Below are positions 1-11,904 of a DNA stretch of 64,000 nucleotides, piece by piece. This stretch comes from Mobula hypostoma (taxonomy: Eukaryota). The DNA lies in the NCBI RefSeq assembly GCF_963921235.1, contig NC_086097.1, forward strand, positions 144,524,001 to 144,588,000, given 5' to 3'. Made by a program: the position numbers and the translations under genes. How positions within the stretch are numbered: the stretch's first letter is position 1; every line of letters starts with the position of its first letter. The notes under the pieces were generated by a model, which worked only from the letters and a program-made list of their open reading frames with translations, was not told where the DNA came from and ran no database searches.

Positions 1-1198
1 GTCGGAGAGGCAACCGTGCACTGCCACTCTCTGGATTCTCCCACAAAGCCAATGTCTAATACAATTTACTACCTCATCCTGAATGCCGAGCGATTGAACT
101 TTCTTGACCCATCCTCCCTTGTGGGACCTTATCAAATGCCTTGCTGAAGTCAATGTGGACAACATCCACTATTGCCTTGCCTTCATCAACTTTCCTGGTA
201 ACTTCTTCGAAAGACTATAAGATTGGTTAGACATGATTCACCACCCACAAAGCCATTCTGACTATCTCTAATCAGTCCATATCTATCCAAATACTCATAT
301 ATCCAGTCCCTTAGAATACTTACCAATAACTTTCCCACCTCTGATGTCAGGCTCACTGGCTATAATTTCCTGGTTTATTTTTAGACCTTTTCTTAAACAT
401 CAGAACAACATTAGCTATCCTCTAATCCTCCGATACCTCATCTGAAATTAAGGGTGATTTAAATATCTCTGCCAGGGCCTTGGCAATTTCTGCACTTACC
501 TCCCACATGGTCTGAGGGAACACCCTGTCAGGCCCTGGAGATTAATCCACCCTAATTTGCCTCAAGATAGCAAACACCTCCTCTGCTGTAATCTGTATAG
601 GGTCCATAACCTTGCTCCTGCTTTGCCTCACTTCTATAGTCTCTGTGTCTGTCTCCCAAGTAAATGCAGAAATAAATAATCAATTTAAGATCTCCCTTAA
701 TTCAATTGGCTCTATGAATAGATTACCATTTTGATCTCCAGAGGACCAATTTTGTCCCTTACAAACATTTTGCTCTTAACATACTGTAGAATCCCTTTAC
801 TCTGTACGCTAGAGCAACCTCTTGCCTTCTTTTAGCTCTCTTGTTTTCCTTCTTAAGTGTTCTCTTGCATTTCTTATACTCCATAAGTAACTCATTTGTT
901 CCTACCTGCATATACCTGCTAAACATCTCCTATTTTGAAAGATCTTGAAAATAAAGGTTCTGTCACAATCCGGTCCATTGACTCCTCATTTTAGTTAATT
1001 TCCTTTTCCCCGTGTTCCACCGGGCTCCTTGATGAGGGCACCTGATCCTCATTCGAACCGGCAGCATAAAAACTCCAGCTTACATCTACTCGCTGCTGGT
1101 TTGTCACCTCAGCAGTGCGGCTATACTCGTTCCAGACCATCAAGAATGAGTTGAGTCGAGAGCCTGTCGTTCGCTCTTCCTGGGTCGGGTCGAGAGCC

Positions 1199-1458
1199 TG
1201 TCATCCAGCTGAGTTTTGCTGGCTGTTTGCCGCTTCGTGTGCTACTCAGAGTCGAGATACGAATGAACTGTCATTGTTTGTTTTTGTCGTCTTGTGTCCA
1301 GCTGAGCATTGCAGGCCATTTGCCGCTGCTCCGAGCCACGATACAAATTGTCTGTCGTTGTTTGGTTTTGTCATCTTGTGTCTGGTTGAGTATTGCAGGC
1401 CGTTTGCCGCTGCTCCAAGCCACGATACAAATTGTCTGTTGTTGTTTGGTTTTGTCAC
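1199..1458. repeat. ~84-bp tandem repeat (about 3 copies) inside the solo LTR
   Basis: The unit CTTGTGTCCAGCTGAGCATTGCAGGCCATTTGCCGCTGCTCCGAGCCACGATACAAATTGTCTGTCGTTGTTTGGTTTTGTCAT starts at 1291 and again at 1375, with a more diverged copy from ~1199. Confidence 0.9.
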
Positions 1459-1470
1459 TCGGTGTCTAAG

Positions 1471-1560
1471 TTAAATCCAAGTCTAGGCTCGGTGTCCAAG
1501 TCAAGTCCAAGCCCAGGCTCCAAGTCTCAGTCAAGTCCAAGCCCAGGCTCTGAGTCCAAG
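1471..1560. repeat. 30-bp tandem repeat (3 copies) inside the solo LTR
   Basis: TCAAGTCCAAGCCCAGGCTC... at 1501 and 1531, and a variant TTAAATCCAAGTCTAGGCTC at 1471. Confidence 0.9.
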
Positions 1561-2740
1561 TCAACGTACAAGTCCGTGTAAGAATCCTAACCTGCTCTCC
1601 GTGCCTGTGTCCTGCACTTGGGTCTGCTCCCAAATTCCCCTTGTAACAGGTTCCATAAACCTATTATCTTTACCTTTTATTCTAACAGGCACATACAAGC
1701 ATTGTACTCTCAAAACTTAACTTTTGAAGGCCTCCCATTTACCAACTATACCTTCGCTAGAAAACAGCCTGTCTCAATGTACACTTGCCAGATCTTCAGA
1801 TACAATCAAAATTGGCTCTTCTCCAATTTAGAATCTCAACCCACATTTACCCTGAAAGTAATGGTATTACGATCATTAGATGCAAAGTGTTCCCCTACAC
1901 AAACTTCTATCACCTGCCCTGTCTCATTCCCTCATACTAGATCGAGTATCACAGACTCTCTCATTGGGACTTCTACCTACTGATTAAGGAAACATCCCTG
2001 AACACATGTGATAAACTATCCCACCTGGTCATTTTACAGTATGGGAGTCCCAGCCAATATGTAAAAAGTTAAAATCACCTACTATCACAACCTTATGTTT
2101 CTTACAACAATCTGCAATTTCTCTACAAATTTGTTCCTCTAAATCCTGTGGTCTATAATATTGCACCACTAACGTGGTCATACTTTTTTTATTCCTCAGT
2201 TCCACCTATAAAGCCTTACTAAACAAGTCCTCCAATCTGAGCACTGCTGTGACATTTCCCCTGACTAATAACACCACCCCCACTTGCTTTCATCCCTCCC
2301 TTTCTGTTGCATCTAAAACAACAGAACCTCAGAATATTGAGCTGCCAGTCCTGCCTTTCCTGCAGTCAAGTCTCACTAACGACTACAATATCATAATTCC
2401 AGGCTTTGATCCATGCTCATCTGCCTCTCCAACAACACTTCTTGCATTTAAATATATGCAGCTCAGAACATTAGTTGCATTTTGCTCAACCTTTTGATTC
2501 CTGACTTTGTCTTATTTTGTCATATTATGACACAAGAATCAATCCTCAGATCACAACCCTAGAGGTCCTGCCTTTTATCTTAACACCTAACTCCCTGCAA
2601 TCACTTTACAGAACCTCGTTACTCTTCCTACCTATGTCATTGGTACCTACATGAACCATGACCTCTGGCTGCTCACCCTCCCATTTAAGAATGTTGAGGA
2701 CTCAATCCAAGATGTCCTGGACCCTGGCACCTGGAAGGCA

Positions 2741-4290
2741 ACTGTTGGGTCTGAAGGCTGGTAAGTCCCCAGGACCTGATGGTCTGCATCCCAGGGTACT
2801 TAAGGAGGTGGCTTTAGAAATTGTGGACGCATTGGTAATCATTTTCCAATGTTCTATAGATTCAGGGTCAGTTTCTGTGGATTGGAGGGTGGCTAATGTT
2901 GTCCCTCTCTTCAAGAAGGGAGGAAGAGAGAAAACAGGGAATTATAGACCGGTTAGCCTGACATCGGTGGTGGGAAAGATGCTGGAGTCAATTATAAAAG
3001 ATGAAATTACGGCACATATGGATAGCAGTAACAGGATCGGTCCGAGTCAGCATGGCTTTACGAAGGGGAAATCGTGCTTGACTAATCTTCTGGAAATTTT
3101 TGAGGATGTAACTATGAAAATGGGCAAGGGAGAGCCAGTGGATGTAGCGTACCTGGACTTTCAGAAAGCCTTTGATAAAGTCCCACATAGGAGATTAGTG
3201 GGCAAAATTAGGGCACATGGAATTGGGGGCAGAGTACTGACATGGATTGAAAATTGGCTGGCTGACAGAAAACAAAGAGTAGCGATTAATGGTTGCCTTT
3301 CGGAATGGCAGGCGGTGACCAGTGTGGTACCATAGGGTTCAGTGCTGGGACCGCAGCTATTTACAATATATATTAATGATTTAGATGAGGGAATTAAAAG
3401 TAACATTATCAAATTTGCCGAGGACACAAAGCTGGGTGGCAGTGTGAAATGTGAGGAGGATATTATGAGAATGCAGGGTGACTTGGACAGGCTGGGTGAG
3501 TGGGAAAATGCATGGCTGATGCAGTTTAATGTGGATAAATGTAAGGTTATCCACTTTGGTGGTAAGAACAGGAAGGCAGATTATTATCTAAATGGAGTCA
3601 AGTTAGGAAAAGGGGAAGTACAACGAGATCAGGCAGTGAAGAAGGCTAATGGCATGCTGGCCTTTATAACAAGGGGAATTGAGTATAAAAGCAAAGAGGT
3701 CCTTCTGCAGCTGTACAGGGTCCTGGTGAGACCACACCTGGAGTACTGTGTGCAGTTTTGGTCTCCAAATTTAAGGAAGGACATTCTTGCTATTGAGGGA
3801 ATGCAGCGTAGGTTCACAAGGTTAATTCCCAGGATGGCGGGACTGTCATATGTTGAAAGATTGGAGTGACTGGGCTTGTATACTCTGGAATTTAGAAGGC
3901 TGAGAGGGGATCTTATTGAAACATATAAGATTATTAAGGGATTGGACACGCTGGAGGCAGGAAGCATGTTCCCGCTGAAGGGTGAGTCCAGAACCAGAGG
4001 CCACAGTTTAAGAATAAGGGGTAGGCCATTTAGAACGGAGTTGAGGAAAAGCTTTTTCACCCAGAGAGTGGTGGATACATGGAATGCTCTGCCCCAGAAG
4101 GCTGTGGAGGCCAAGTCTCTGGATGCTTTCAAGAAAGAGATGGATAGAGCTCTTAAAGATAGTGGAATCGAAGGTTATGGGGATAAGGCAGGAACTGGAT
4201 ACTGATTGTGGATGATCAGCCATGATCACAGTGAATGGCGGTACTGGCTCGAAGGGCTGAATGGCCTACTCCTGCACCTATTGTCTATTA
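2741..4290 (+). mobile_element. 5'-truncated CR1 LINE (RT domain + 3' UTR), pseudogenised, nested in ORF1 of the older minus-strand CR1
   Basis: ORFs 2658-3335, 3342-3869 and 3876-4205 carry KSPGPDG, NYRPVSL, QHGF, YLDFQKAFDKV, LGPQLF and FAED (mutated FADD). Internal stops and a short deletion near 3630 relative to the intact copy. 3' UTR ends GGCCTACTCCTGCACCTATTGTCTAT. Confidence 0.95.
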
Positions 4291-5089
4291 TAAACCATCT
4301 GGGAATCTTGCTGTCATCTACAGAACCCCCTAACGAATCCCCTGCCACCATACCTTGCCTCTTCTCCTCATTCCCTTGAGTCATTATGCCAGACTCAATG
4401 AGGAGTCCTGACAGCTGTGACTGTCCTCTGCTGGGTCATCCCCACAACAGTACCCAAAATAGTTCATCTGTTGTTGAGAGGGATGGCCATCAGAGTACTC
4501 TGCACTAGTTGTTTAACCCCCTTTCTCCTTCCTGACTGTCATCCAGTTTCCAGTATCCTGCACCTCGTGTGTAACTACCTCTCTATATGTCCCTTCAGCC
4601 TCCCGATCTGGAGTTCATCCAGTTCCAGCTCCACCTCCCTAACATGGAGTGTTAGAAGCTGTATCCAGATTAACTTCTCCCAGGTGAAATTGTCAGGGTC
4701 TCCCTGACTTGCAAAATCTCAGAAGAGGGCATTTAACTATCCTGCTTGGCATCCCTATTGCTCTAACTGTGCAAATATAAAGAAGGAGAACAATACGTAT
4801 CTACCTGCAGCTTTTTCTCCTTCCTTCACTGAAGCCTCAAAGAGCTAAAGCCTCAAAATCCCCAGGCTAACACTGAGCACGCCAGCAATGGCCCTGCCTT
4901 ATTTTAATTTGTTCTTGCTAATCGATCCTGATTGTTGATTGGCAAAACACCAAGCTGCTGCAGGTTGAAGCTTTATGTACTCAGTCGGTGACCCCGAGTT
5001 ATGTTTTGGATTGCAGACTGGTGCTACTCAAAGCACCAGACTGCCGCAAATTAGTGAGACCCAACATGGATTGGGAGTCACTTGTGAGT

Positions 5090-5762
5090 CTGTTGGGGTC
5101 ACCTACTGTATTCGGTTACTCTGGAGTGGCTTCCTGTATATCGGTGAGGCTTGACGTAGACTGGGAGACTGCTTCACCGAGCACCTACGCTCTGTCTGCC
5201 AGAAAAAAGCAGGATCAGCCGGTGGCCACCTGTTTCAATCTACTTCCCATTCCCATTCCAACATGTCAGTCCTTGGCCTCCACTGCTGCCGCGATGAGGT
5301 CACACTCAGGTTGGAGGACCAGCACTTTATATTCCAACCTGATGGCATGAACAATGATTTCTCAAACTTCCGGTAATTGCCTAACCCCACTTCACCATTC
5401 CCCATTCCCGTTTCCCTCTTTCATCTTATCTCCTTGCCTGCCCATTACTACCCTCTGGTGCTCCTTCCCTGTCTCCTTCTTCCATGGCCTTCTGTCCTCT
5501 CCTATCAAATTCCCCTTTCTCCACCCTTTTATCTCCTTCACTAATCGACTTCCCAGCTCTTTACTTAACCCCTCCCCCTCTGCTGGTTTCACCTATCACC
5601 TACTGCCTTGTACTTCTTCCTCTCCTGCCCCCACCTTCTCACTATGACTTCTCATTTCTTTCCCAGTCGTGATGAAAGGTCTTGGCCCAAAATGTCAACT
5701 GTACTCTTTGCTATAGATACTGCCTGGCCTGCTGAGTTCCTCCAGCATTTTGTGTGTGTTGT
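5090..5762 (+). mobile_element. Penelope-like element 3' fragment (GIY-YIG endonuclease remnant + pLTR with degenerate hammerhead motif)
   Basis: Translation YIGEA*RRLGDCFTEHLRSV at ~5137-5196, then a pyrimidine-rich tract. The terminus CAGTCGTGATGAAAGGTCTTGGCCCAAAATGTCAACTG...CCTGCTGAGTTCCTCCAGCATTTTGTGTG matches the other Penelope termini in the window. Confidence 0.85.
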
Positions 5763-6100
5763 TGTGAATTGATGTCTTATGTACTCAATGGAAGAACCTG
5801 AATGAGCTACCCCTTATTACTGATTGGTCACTGATTGGTGTTGCTCAAAGGTCTGTGAGCAACAGAAGCATGAAAGAAGATTTCAGCAGTGGATAGGTTA
5901 TTAGAGTTAGAGGTGTAATAGATTTGGAAATGATGACCTTTATGAATGAAAAGTCAATGAGATCAGAAGATTGTCCTGGCGTCAAATGAGATGCTGAGGC
6001 TCAAACACGAGGAAATCTGCAGATGGTGGAATTTCAAGCAACACACATAAGAAGTGCTGGTGAACGCAGCAGGCCAGACAGCATCTATAGGAAGAGGTAC

Positions 6101-6136
6101 AGTCGACGTTTCGGGCTGGGACCCTTCGTCAGGACT
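6101..6136 (-). ncRNA. Minimal type I hammerhead ribozyme motif (Penelope-associated)
   Basis: Minus strand reads AGTC-CTGACGA-AGGGTCCCAGCCC-GAAA-C-GTC-GACT. This gives stem I AGUC/GACU, core CUGANGA, stem II GGG/CCC, GAAA, an ACGU palindrome in place of stem III, and a GUC cleavage triplet. Confidence 0.75.
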
Positions 6137-6151
6137 ACCTCTTCTTTCAGT

Positions 6152-6189
6152 TAGTCCTGACGAAGGGTCTCGGCCCGAAACGTCAACTA
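6152..6189 (+). ncRNA. Minimal type I hammerhead ribozyme motif (Penelope-associated) with one stem I mismatch
   Basis: TAGTC-CTGACGA(6157-6163)-AGGGTCTCGGCCC-GAAA(6177-6180)-C-GTC-AACTA. The pair next to the cleavage site is C-A instead of C-G. Confidence 0.65.
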
Positions 6190-8244
6190 TACCTCTTCCG
6201 AGAGATGCTGCCTGGCCCGCTGCGTTCACCAGCATTTTTTATAAGATGCTGAGGCTGTAGCTTTTTGGTAGCTGCCCCAGAGAAGGAATTGGTGACAAGG
6301 GTTTGAACTTAACAGCTTGGTTGTTCCAAATATCTAACAGAAGGAAGTTACAGTTCACCCGAGACTGGATTTTGTTCAAATAATCTGACCACATCGAGGT
6401 AGTGAAGGAGTCGAGAAAATTGAAAGAAAGAATTAAATGTTGTTAGCCTCAGAGCAGTAGTTTTCCCTGTAGGGGGTTTAATCGACACCTGGTCTGAGTC
6501 AGGCAGTTAAAGTGTCTTGTACAACATACACACCCTGTTCTCACTGCCTGCATGTACACTCTAAGGGTAAGCAGTCTCTAAGTTGTTTAAGTGCGTAGAT
6601 TGGACTCCAATTCACTATAAAACCTGTGGTCTCTGTGGAAAGGTTATTGTGGCTTCCCTGCCTGCCCATCTTGTTGGGAAGAAAACACAGGACCACAAAA
6701 GCAACTTTATTTTAATTTGGTTTTCGGTTTCCTCATGGGGTAGAAAAAGCAAGCATAATCCTGTGAACGACACAAGGAAACATTGACCCTCCTGCCCTTG
6801 GCTATCCTCTCCCTTTCCTGCTGACCACCTCCACATCCTCCCACCCACTTACCTTCATGCCGAGAACTGTTCCATTAGCTCCCTGGATGTCTACCTCCTC
6901 CCGTCTGAAACTCTCTTTCTGCCTGTTGGCTGATAAAATGTTAGGCTATGAGACAGGTGACTAACACAGATCTCCATGGGCCCCGACCACATCATAACCA
7001 AGCTGTTCTCCAGCATCTACCACTCCACAGCCTGGCAACTTATCAGCCCTACTTGGAAAGGACTGCAACCGGAGTGAGGTTCCAGCAGCAGGCAGACAAA
7101 GGCACACCCCTGCTGTGCCATTCTTCACTCTGGCCGTTAGTCAAACCCTGCAGTGTAATAGGGAAATGACTGCAGTGACGTTTGCTGTGAGAGTGTTTCC
7201 AGCTGAAGTGAGGGCACTGACGTGTTTGAGGAAGGACACTGGACGTGACAGTGGCTGAACAAGCTTTACAGGAACACTATTGAGATGTGACTGGGTTTAG
7301 GTGGTGAATGCGTTCAGCTGTAGTAATCCATACCACAGTTTGCGAGGGAATTGTACATTCAGGGCTTTTTTTCTCTCCTGAAAAAGAAAAACAGCCAATT
7401 CCACAGAAAAGGCCACATTTTATTTTACAATATGTGGTAAGACTCTTTTCCCTCACTTCCTCCTGGAAGAACAGCTGTATAAATGTTGCAAGAATGACCT
7501 CAGACCCACTCTCTACTCCAGTTACTCCCCCTTCCTCTGACTGTAATCACTAACAGTCAGCATCATTTAACCCCCGCAGTGCTCATCTTGTTTTTCACCT
7601 GCTGGCTGCTGAAATTAAAAAAAATGGGGACTTTCTTCCACTGCCTTTTGTCATCTCAAAATGTCCTGGAGTGCTTTATTGCTGATGAGGCACAACCACT
7701 GTTGCAACATAAAAACAATATCATATATTTTGGGCTTTACTTGAGTGATAATAGGGTCCAGCGTACAAAGGTGAACCCCTTTGATTAGGAGATTTAACAT
7801 GTACCTGATTGAACAGACTGGTTCTTTTAGCTGAACAGCTTTTTGAGGCTTTACACAGTTTATTATCACTGAGCCGCAGAGATAATGAAGTGAAGTGAGC
7901 AGCTGTCTCATCTGGAGTTGTGCCTCTGGGGCGGCTTTGCCAATTCTGAGTGCTAGGTCTTTATAACTCATTATGGAATGACAACCAAGCCAAAGCAGTG
8001 ATGTAAGAATTGACAGCCTGGATGTCCAAATCAGTCAATCCAGGCCTGCTTCTGGGGACCAAGGGAAAAGTTACTTTGATAAATTGTCAGCAGGAAGCTG
8101 TGAACATGGAATTTCAAAGACCACCACCTCTCTTCATTGAAAAACTCTCCTAAAAATCTCCCATTCCAGCCCTGCCTAATTAAAATCCCAAGAGGGAGAT
8201 AGCAATCAATGTTTTTGGTCAAGAGTCTTCATTAGGACTGTTGA

Positions 8245-8358
8245 ATGAAGTCCAGATGCAAAGTCTCAACCCAAAATGTTGACTGTTCAATTTTGTCTGA
8301 CCCATGGAGTTCCTCCAGCAGTTTGAGCTTTGCTCTATGTTCAATCTCTTGTTTCTGA
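8245..8358 (+). mobile_element. Degenerate Penelope pLTR remnant
   Basis: AGTCCAGATGCAAAGTCTCAACCCAAAATGTTGACTG...GAGTTCCTCCAGCA resembles the termini at 5662 and 57503. Confidence 0.6.
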
Positions 8359-10717
8359 TTAAAACCACAGTTTGGTGTTTCTGGGTAGAGGTGAAGTAGG
8401 TAGGGTTCCACCTGTCACTGCCCAGTCTGTTTCCTTTTAGTTCTCCTCCTCAAATGGATTCTGACAGCTAGAAAAATAATACAGTTGATCTACTCTGTCT
8501 GATCTAAGACTCTGATTATTCTCACTTACCTGTCAATCTCTTTTATGGAATTTGGTTAAAACCCTGGTCCCTTCAAAACAACGGACATGACAATTTCCAA
8601 CAACCTGAAGACTAAGGTTACATTGAATTATCAGAAATGGCTGTGTGCTACAGTTGTTTTCTACTCTCTATGTGTATCTTCATATACTTTTCATTTCCAT
8701 TACACCCTTCCCAATGTCCCAACTCTTAACTGTGAACTTTTTAATATTTTTCTCCTGAGAAATGAGGGAGCTATGGAGAGAGACGGAAAATAGAGCCCTG
8801 CCAGCAATCTCCGCAGCAGTGAACACCCTGCATTGAAACCTCAGGGCACAGGAAATTACTAGAAGCAATTCACTATTTCTTTGAATGCTGGGATAAAGGT
8901 ATATCATGGCTCTGCTATTGTTTTCCTTTCTTCATCCGAAAGGGGAGAGAAATTAACTTTTCATTTATTTAATTTCCCCAGGCTTCCAATTTACAATTTG
9001 CAATATTCTACCTAAAAAAACTTGCGGTGTCTTCTATTTGACTCACTCTTTACTAGCACCTCAACCATGAGGAACTCCTTAGCTCAGCCAGTGTTCTTTT
9101 CTCCCCAAATTTACAAAATGCTCTAACCCCGAGTTATTCTGTTCCTTCTTACTCTTGTCAGCATTGCCAGTCACTAATGGCAGATAACATACCAGAATAA
9201 AAGGAATAATTAGTAAATTTAATCATAAATAGTTTATGTCGGCTAGATAGGAGCCATCAGAGACATTCTCCAGTTAGTGAAACCACAAAGGTTTTGAAGT
9301 TGCATTGCAATGCAGCTATTTATGGCCCTCAAAGGTATGACAGAGCTTCTGAAAGGGATTGACAAACTACAATGTATGAATATCAGTTTCTAGGGCAATA
9401 GCATATGCAGGCAGGACCCTGAAAAATATTCAGATATAAGGTATGATATATAAGAAATGAAAATGCTCTGTCTGAGGAGAAGCTACTTGCTGTGTCATCT
9501 TTGGTCTGTAGAAGTTTAATCAACAGAAATAAAGGTGAAGAAAAAAACAGAAAGTATTGGTAAAGCCTGGTAGGTTGGACAGCACCTGTGGGGAGAGGGT
9601 CAGAGCTATTGTCTCAGGTCAAGACTTTTCTTCAGAACTAGCTACATGCAACAAGACTCTTCTGTCAATGTACAATATTACAATAAATTTTCACTTGCCT
9701 CCGGAGCAATATACCTTGCAGGGTAGTAAAACTAAGGAATCGAAAGAGCTATAATGTGGATTTCATTGCTACAGATGAAAATGTAGGTACACCAGTGTAA
9801 CAAAAGCCACATAAATGACCTCACTTGTTAATACCGGTGTACAGAATTACCTGCGGTTTAATAAGAAATTTAAATGTTTTCCAATTCTGTAGACTTATAA
9901 AGATCAAGAGCTTATTTTTTATCAATCTATACATATGTCATCTTATATCAGACCCAGCATTGTTTCCTGGAGAATATCTAACATGAGGTTCCCTTGGCCC
10001 GTGCATAAATGATAGGGTAGTTTCAGGATGGTTAAGTGGAATAGTGTAATCTGAGATTTATCAGCCTCCTACTTTGTGTCTCTGATAGGCTTGTAGCTCT
10101 CTATTTTAACAACCTCTTTTAACCTTACAACCTGCCAAGATACCCTGGCCCTCCATTTCTGACCCCTTGAGTAATCCCTGAATTAAATTGATCCACCAGT
10201 GGTTCTTCAGCTCACCAGGTCTGAATCTCTTGAATTCGCACCCTCTGTCTCTCTACCTCTCATTTTCCCTTTAAGAGGCTCTTTACAAATCTGTTTGGCA
10301 AAGCTTTTGATCATCCATCCTAATGCATTATGTGGTTTGATCAAAATCTTTTTTTTGGCAAGCGAGGCTATTTTCACTATGTAAAAGATGCTATATCAAT
10401 GGAAGTTATTCATATTGCTGTGTTAGGGCATACAAGAGAAAAATCAGGAAGCAACACTTCACATAAAAGAGTGGAATTCTAATACTTCCTTTCCCAACAT
10501 GTTCTAGGCCATTGAAAATTTCAGGATTCCCACCCTTCTCTCCAATGCACTGCATCTAAATTGCTTACAGGCAATTTTCTTAATCCTCTGAAGTAACTGA
10601 TCCATCAGTAAAATTATAATGATTAAAGGCTTAAAATGTTGAGTGCCTAGTTTAAAAGGAAACAGCAGGTAAGTGCTGATGGAAATGATAAGACACTCAT
10701 GCTGTTTTCTATTACGT

Positions 10718-10860
10718 TATGAATATTTAAAGAGGAAAATTCACTTCAACTGTATGAATATTTGAAGGGGATGGCTCTCTCTGGCAGTATGAATATTCAT
10801 AGGAGAATATATGCTCTGATAATATGATTGTCCGACATGGAAGATTTCACTTTGAATCAG
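10718..10860. repeat. Degenerate 35-bp-period minisatellite
   Basis: TATGAATATT at 10718, 10753 and 10788, and TATGATTGT at 10823 (exact 35-bp spacing). Confidence 0.6.
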
Positions 10861-11277
10861 TCTTGATTAAAGCACTTAAAAGGAAATTTTTTCTGTCAAT
10901 ATAAATGCCTAAAGTTGCAGGCTTTATTTGAGTTATCATTAATTCTTATGAAGAATGTTGTTATTGACTAAATGTAACGTTTTTAAGCAAGAATGTGTCA
11001 GGGCAGTATAGGCCTCATATTCTGTTACTTACAGATTTTGAAAAATGCATTAAAACCACATCATCTTCCCTCCAGCCCCGGGAAACACAAACATTCAAAG
11101 GCACAGGGAAGCTGACCTGCTTTAGAAATCAGATTCTGGAGTGTTCATTTGGAAACTGCTCTTCAGTTCTCAGCAAAATTTGTTCTCCCAGGTTTTGTTT
11201 ATTAAATTATAAAAACAGTAATAAGATGCACATTTTTAAAGTAAGCATGATATATTAACTCTCATAATTCTTTACCA

Positions 11278-11608
11278 CATAGGAGACTATTCAGCCCATT
11301 GAGACAATGCCAGCTGTCAGAGCAATCCCATCAATCCCCATTCCACTATATATTATGTTTATTTCCTTGTGGCCTGTTTTCTCTTACTTGCCCACCACAT
11401 GTGCCCTAATTCTTCTACCAGCCAAGCACATTATGGGTAATTTACCTGAGCCATTTAGTTTACCAATCAGCACGTCTTTAGGATGTGGGAAGACATTGGC
11501 GCACTGAGAGGAAGCTGAAGCATTCACAGGGAGAGCACCACGGCCCCAGTGGTGAGGATTGAATATGGGTCCCTGCTGTTGGTGTCATTCTGCTACCACT
11601 GTCACTGT
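11278..11608 (-). mobile_element. HE1-like tRNA-derived V-SINE, degenerate
   Basis: tRNA-like head at the right end, central core ACGTCTTTAGGATGTGGGAAG on + (reverse V-domain), and a CR1-like tail TATTCAGCCCATTGAG at the left. Confidence 0.65.
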
Positions 11609-11904
11609 GTGAAAAAACTGTTTGATCTCTGCAGGAGCCACCTGGCACACTGAGGTATTGCAGCATTTTTGTTTTTACTTCAGCTTACTGCCAGGAACCG
11701 AGCCTAGGCCTGCAAGCACACAAAAAAAGGAGAGACCAAGCGATAATTAAATGAAGATTTAATTATAGTGACATATAGTAGGAAAACTAAATGTATCTGT
11801 GTAGAGTTTCTGCTTACAGTGGAACTGCATAACATGAAGGGAAAGGAAAATCTGATGATCTGGAGAATTCCAAATGTGGCAGAAAAAAGACAGGTATTTC
11901 CAGA

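Larger units (their letters stand above)
961..1648 (+). mobile_element. Solo LTR (probably Gypsy-type) inserted in the CR1
   Basis: Termini TGTCACA...TGTAACA (TG...CA, inverted). 5-bp TSD GGTTC at 956-960 and 1649-1653. No coding region. The host CR1 resumes immediately after it. Orientation is inferred from composition. Confidence 0.85.
1..4950 (-). mobile_element. Degenerate near-full-length CR1-type LINE (5' UTR, ORF1, endonuclease, start of RT), cut by the window edge and split by two nested insertions (961-1648 and ~2741-4290)
   Basis: The minus strand shows the RT motif VDVVHIDFSKAFD (~132-170) and the APE motif VVIVGDFN (~2065-2092). It also shows the ORF1 SGNH-esterase-like stretch CLPGARVQDILD (~2702-2740), which resumes after 4290, and a leucine-zipper-like LQLLT..VREVELELDEL (~4610-4665). 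Many stops and frameshifts. Confidence 0.85.
6002..6243. mobile_element. Miniature Penelope-like insertion made of two inverted pLTR termini
   Basis: 13-bp TSD AGATGCTGAGGCT at 5989-6001 and 6244-6256. 83-bp inverted arms at 6055-6137 and 6152-6234, with 8 mismatches by manual count. Confidence 0.9.

Noticed and set aside
1199..1560. Regular repeats that could look like a CRISPR array or a repeat-protein gene
   Set aside because: The units are contiguous with no unique spacers, lie within a eukaryotic LTR, and have no cas genes nearby. The overlapping ORFs are repeat artefacts.
5963..6260. Two similar ORFs on opposite strands
   Set aside because: They are a by-product of the 83-bp inverted repeat, and there is no other coding evidence.
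11820..11893. Possible 74-bp exon (TTTCTGCTTACAG...CAG/GTATTT; ELHNMKGKENLMIWRIPNVAEKRQ)
   Set aside because: The donor site is weak, I do not recognise the peptide, and no partner exons were found. It would need RNA-seq support.
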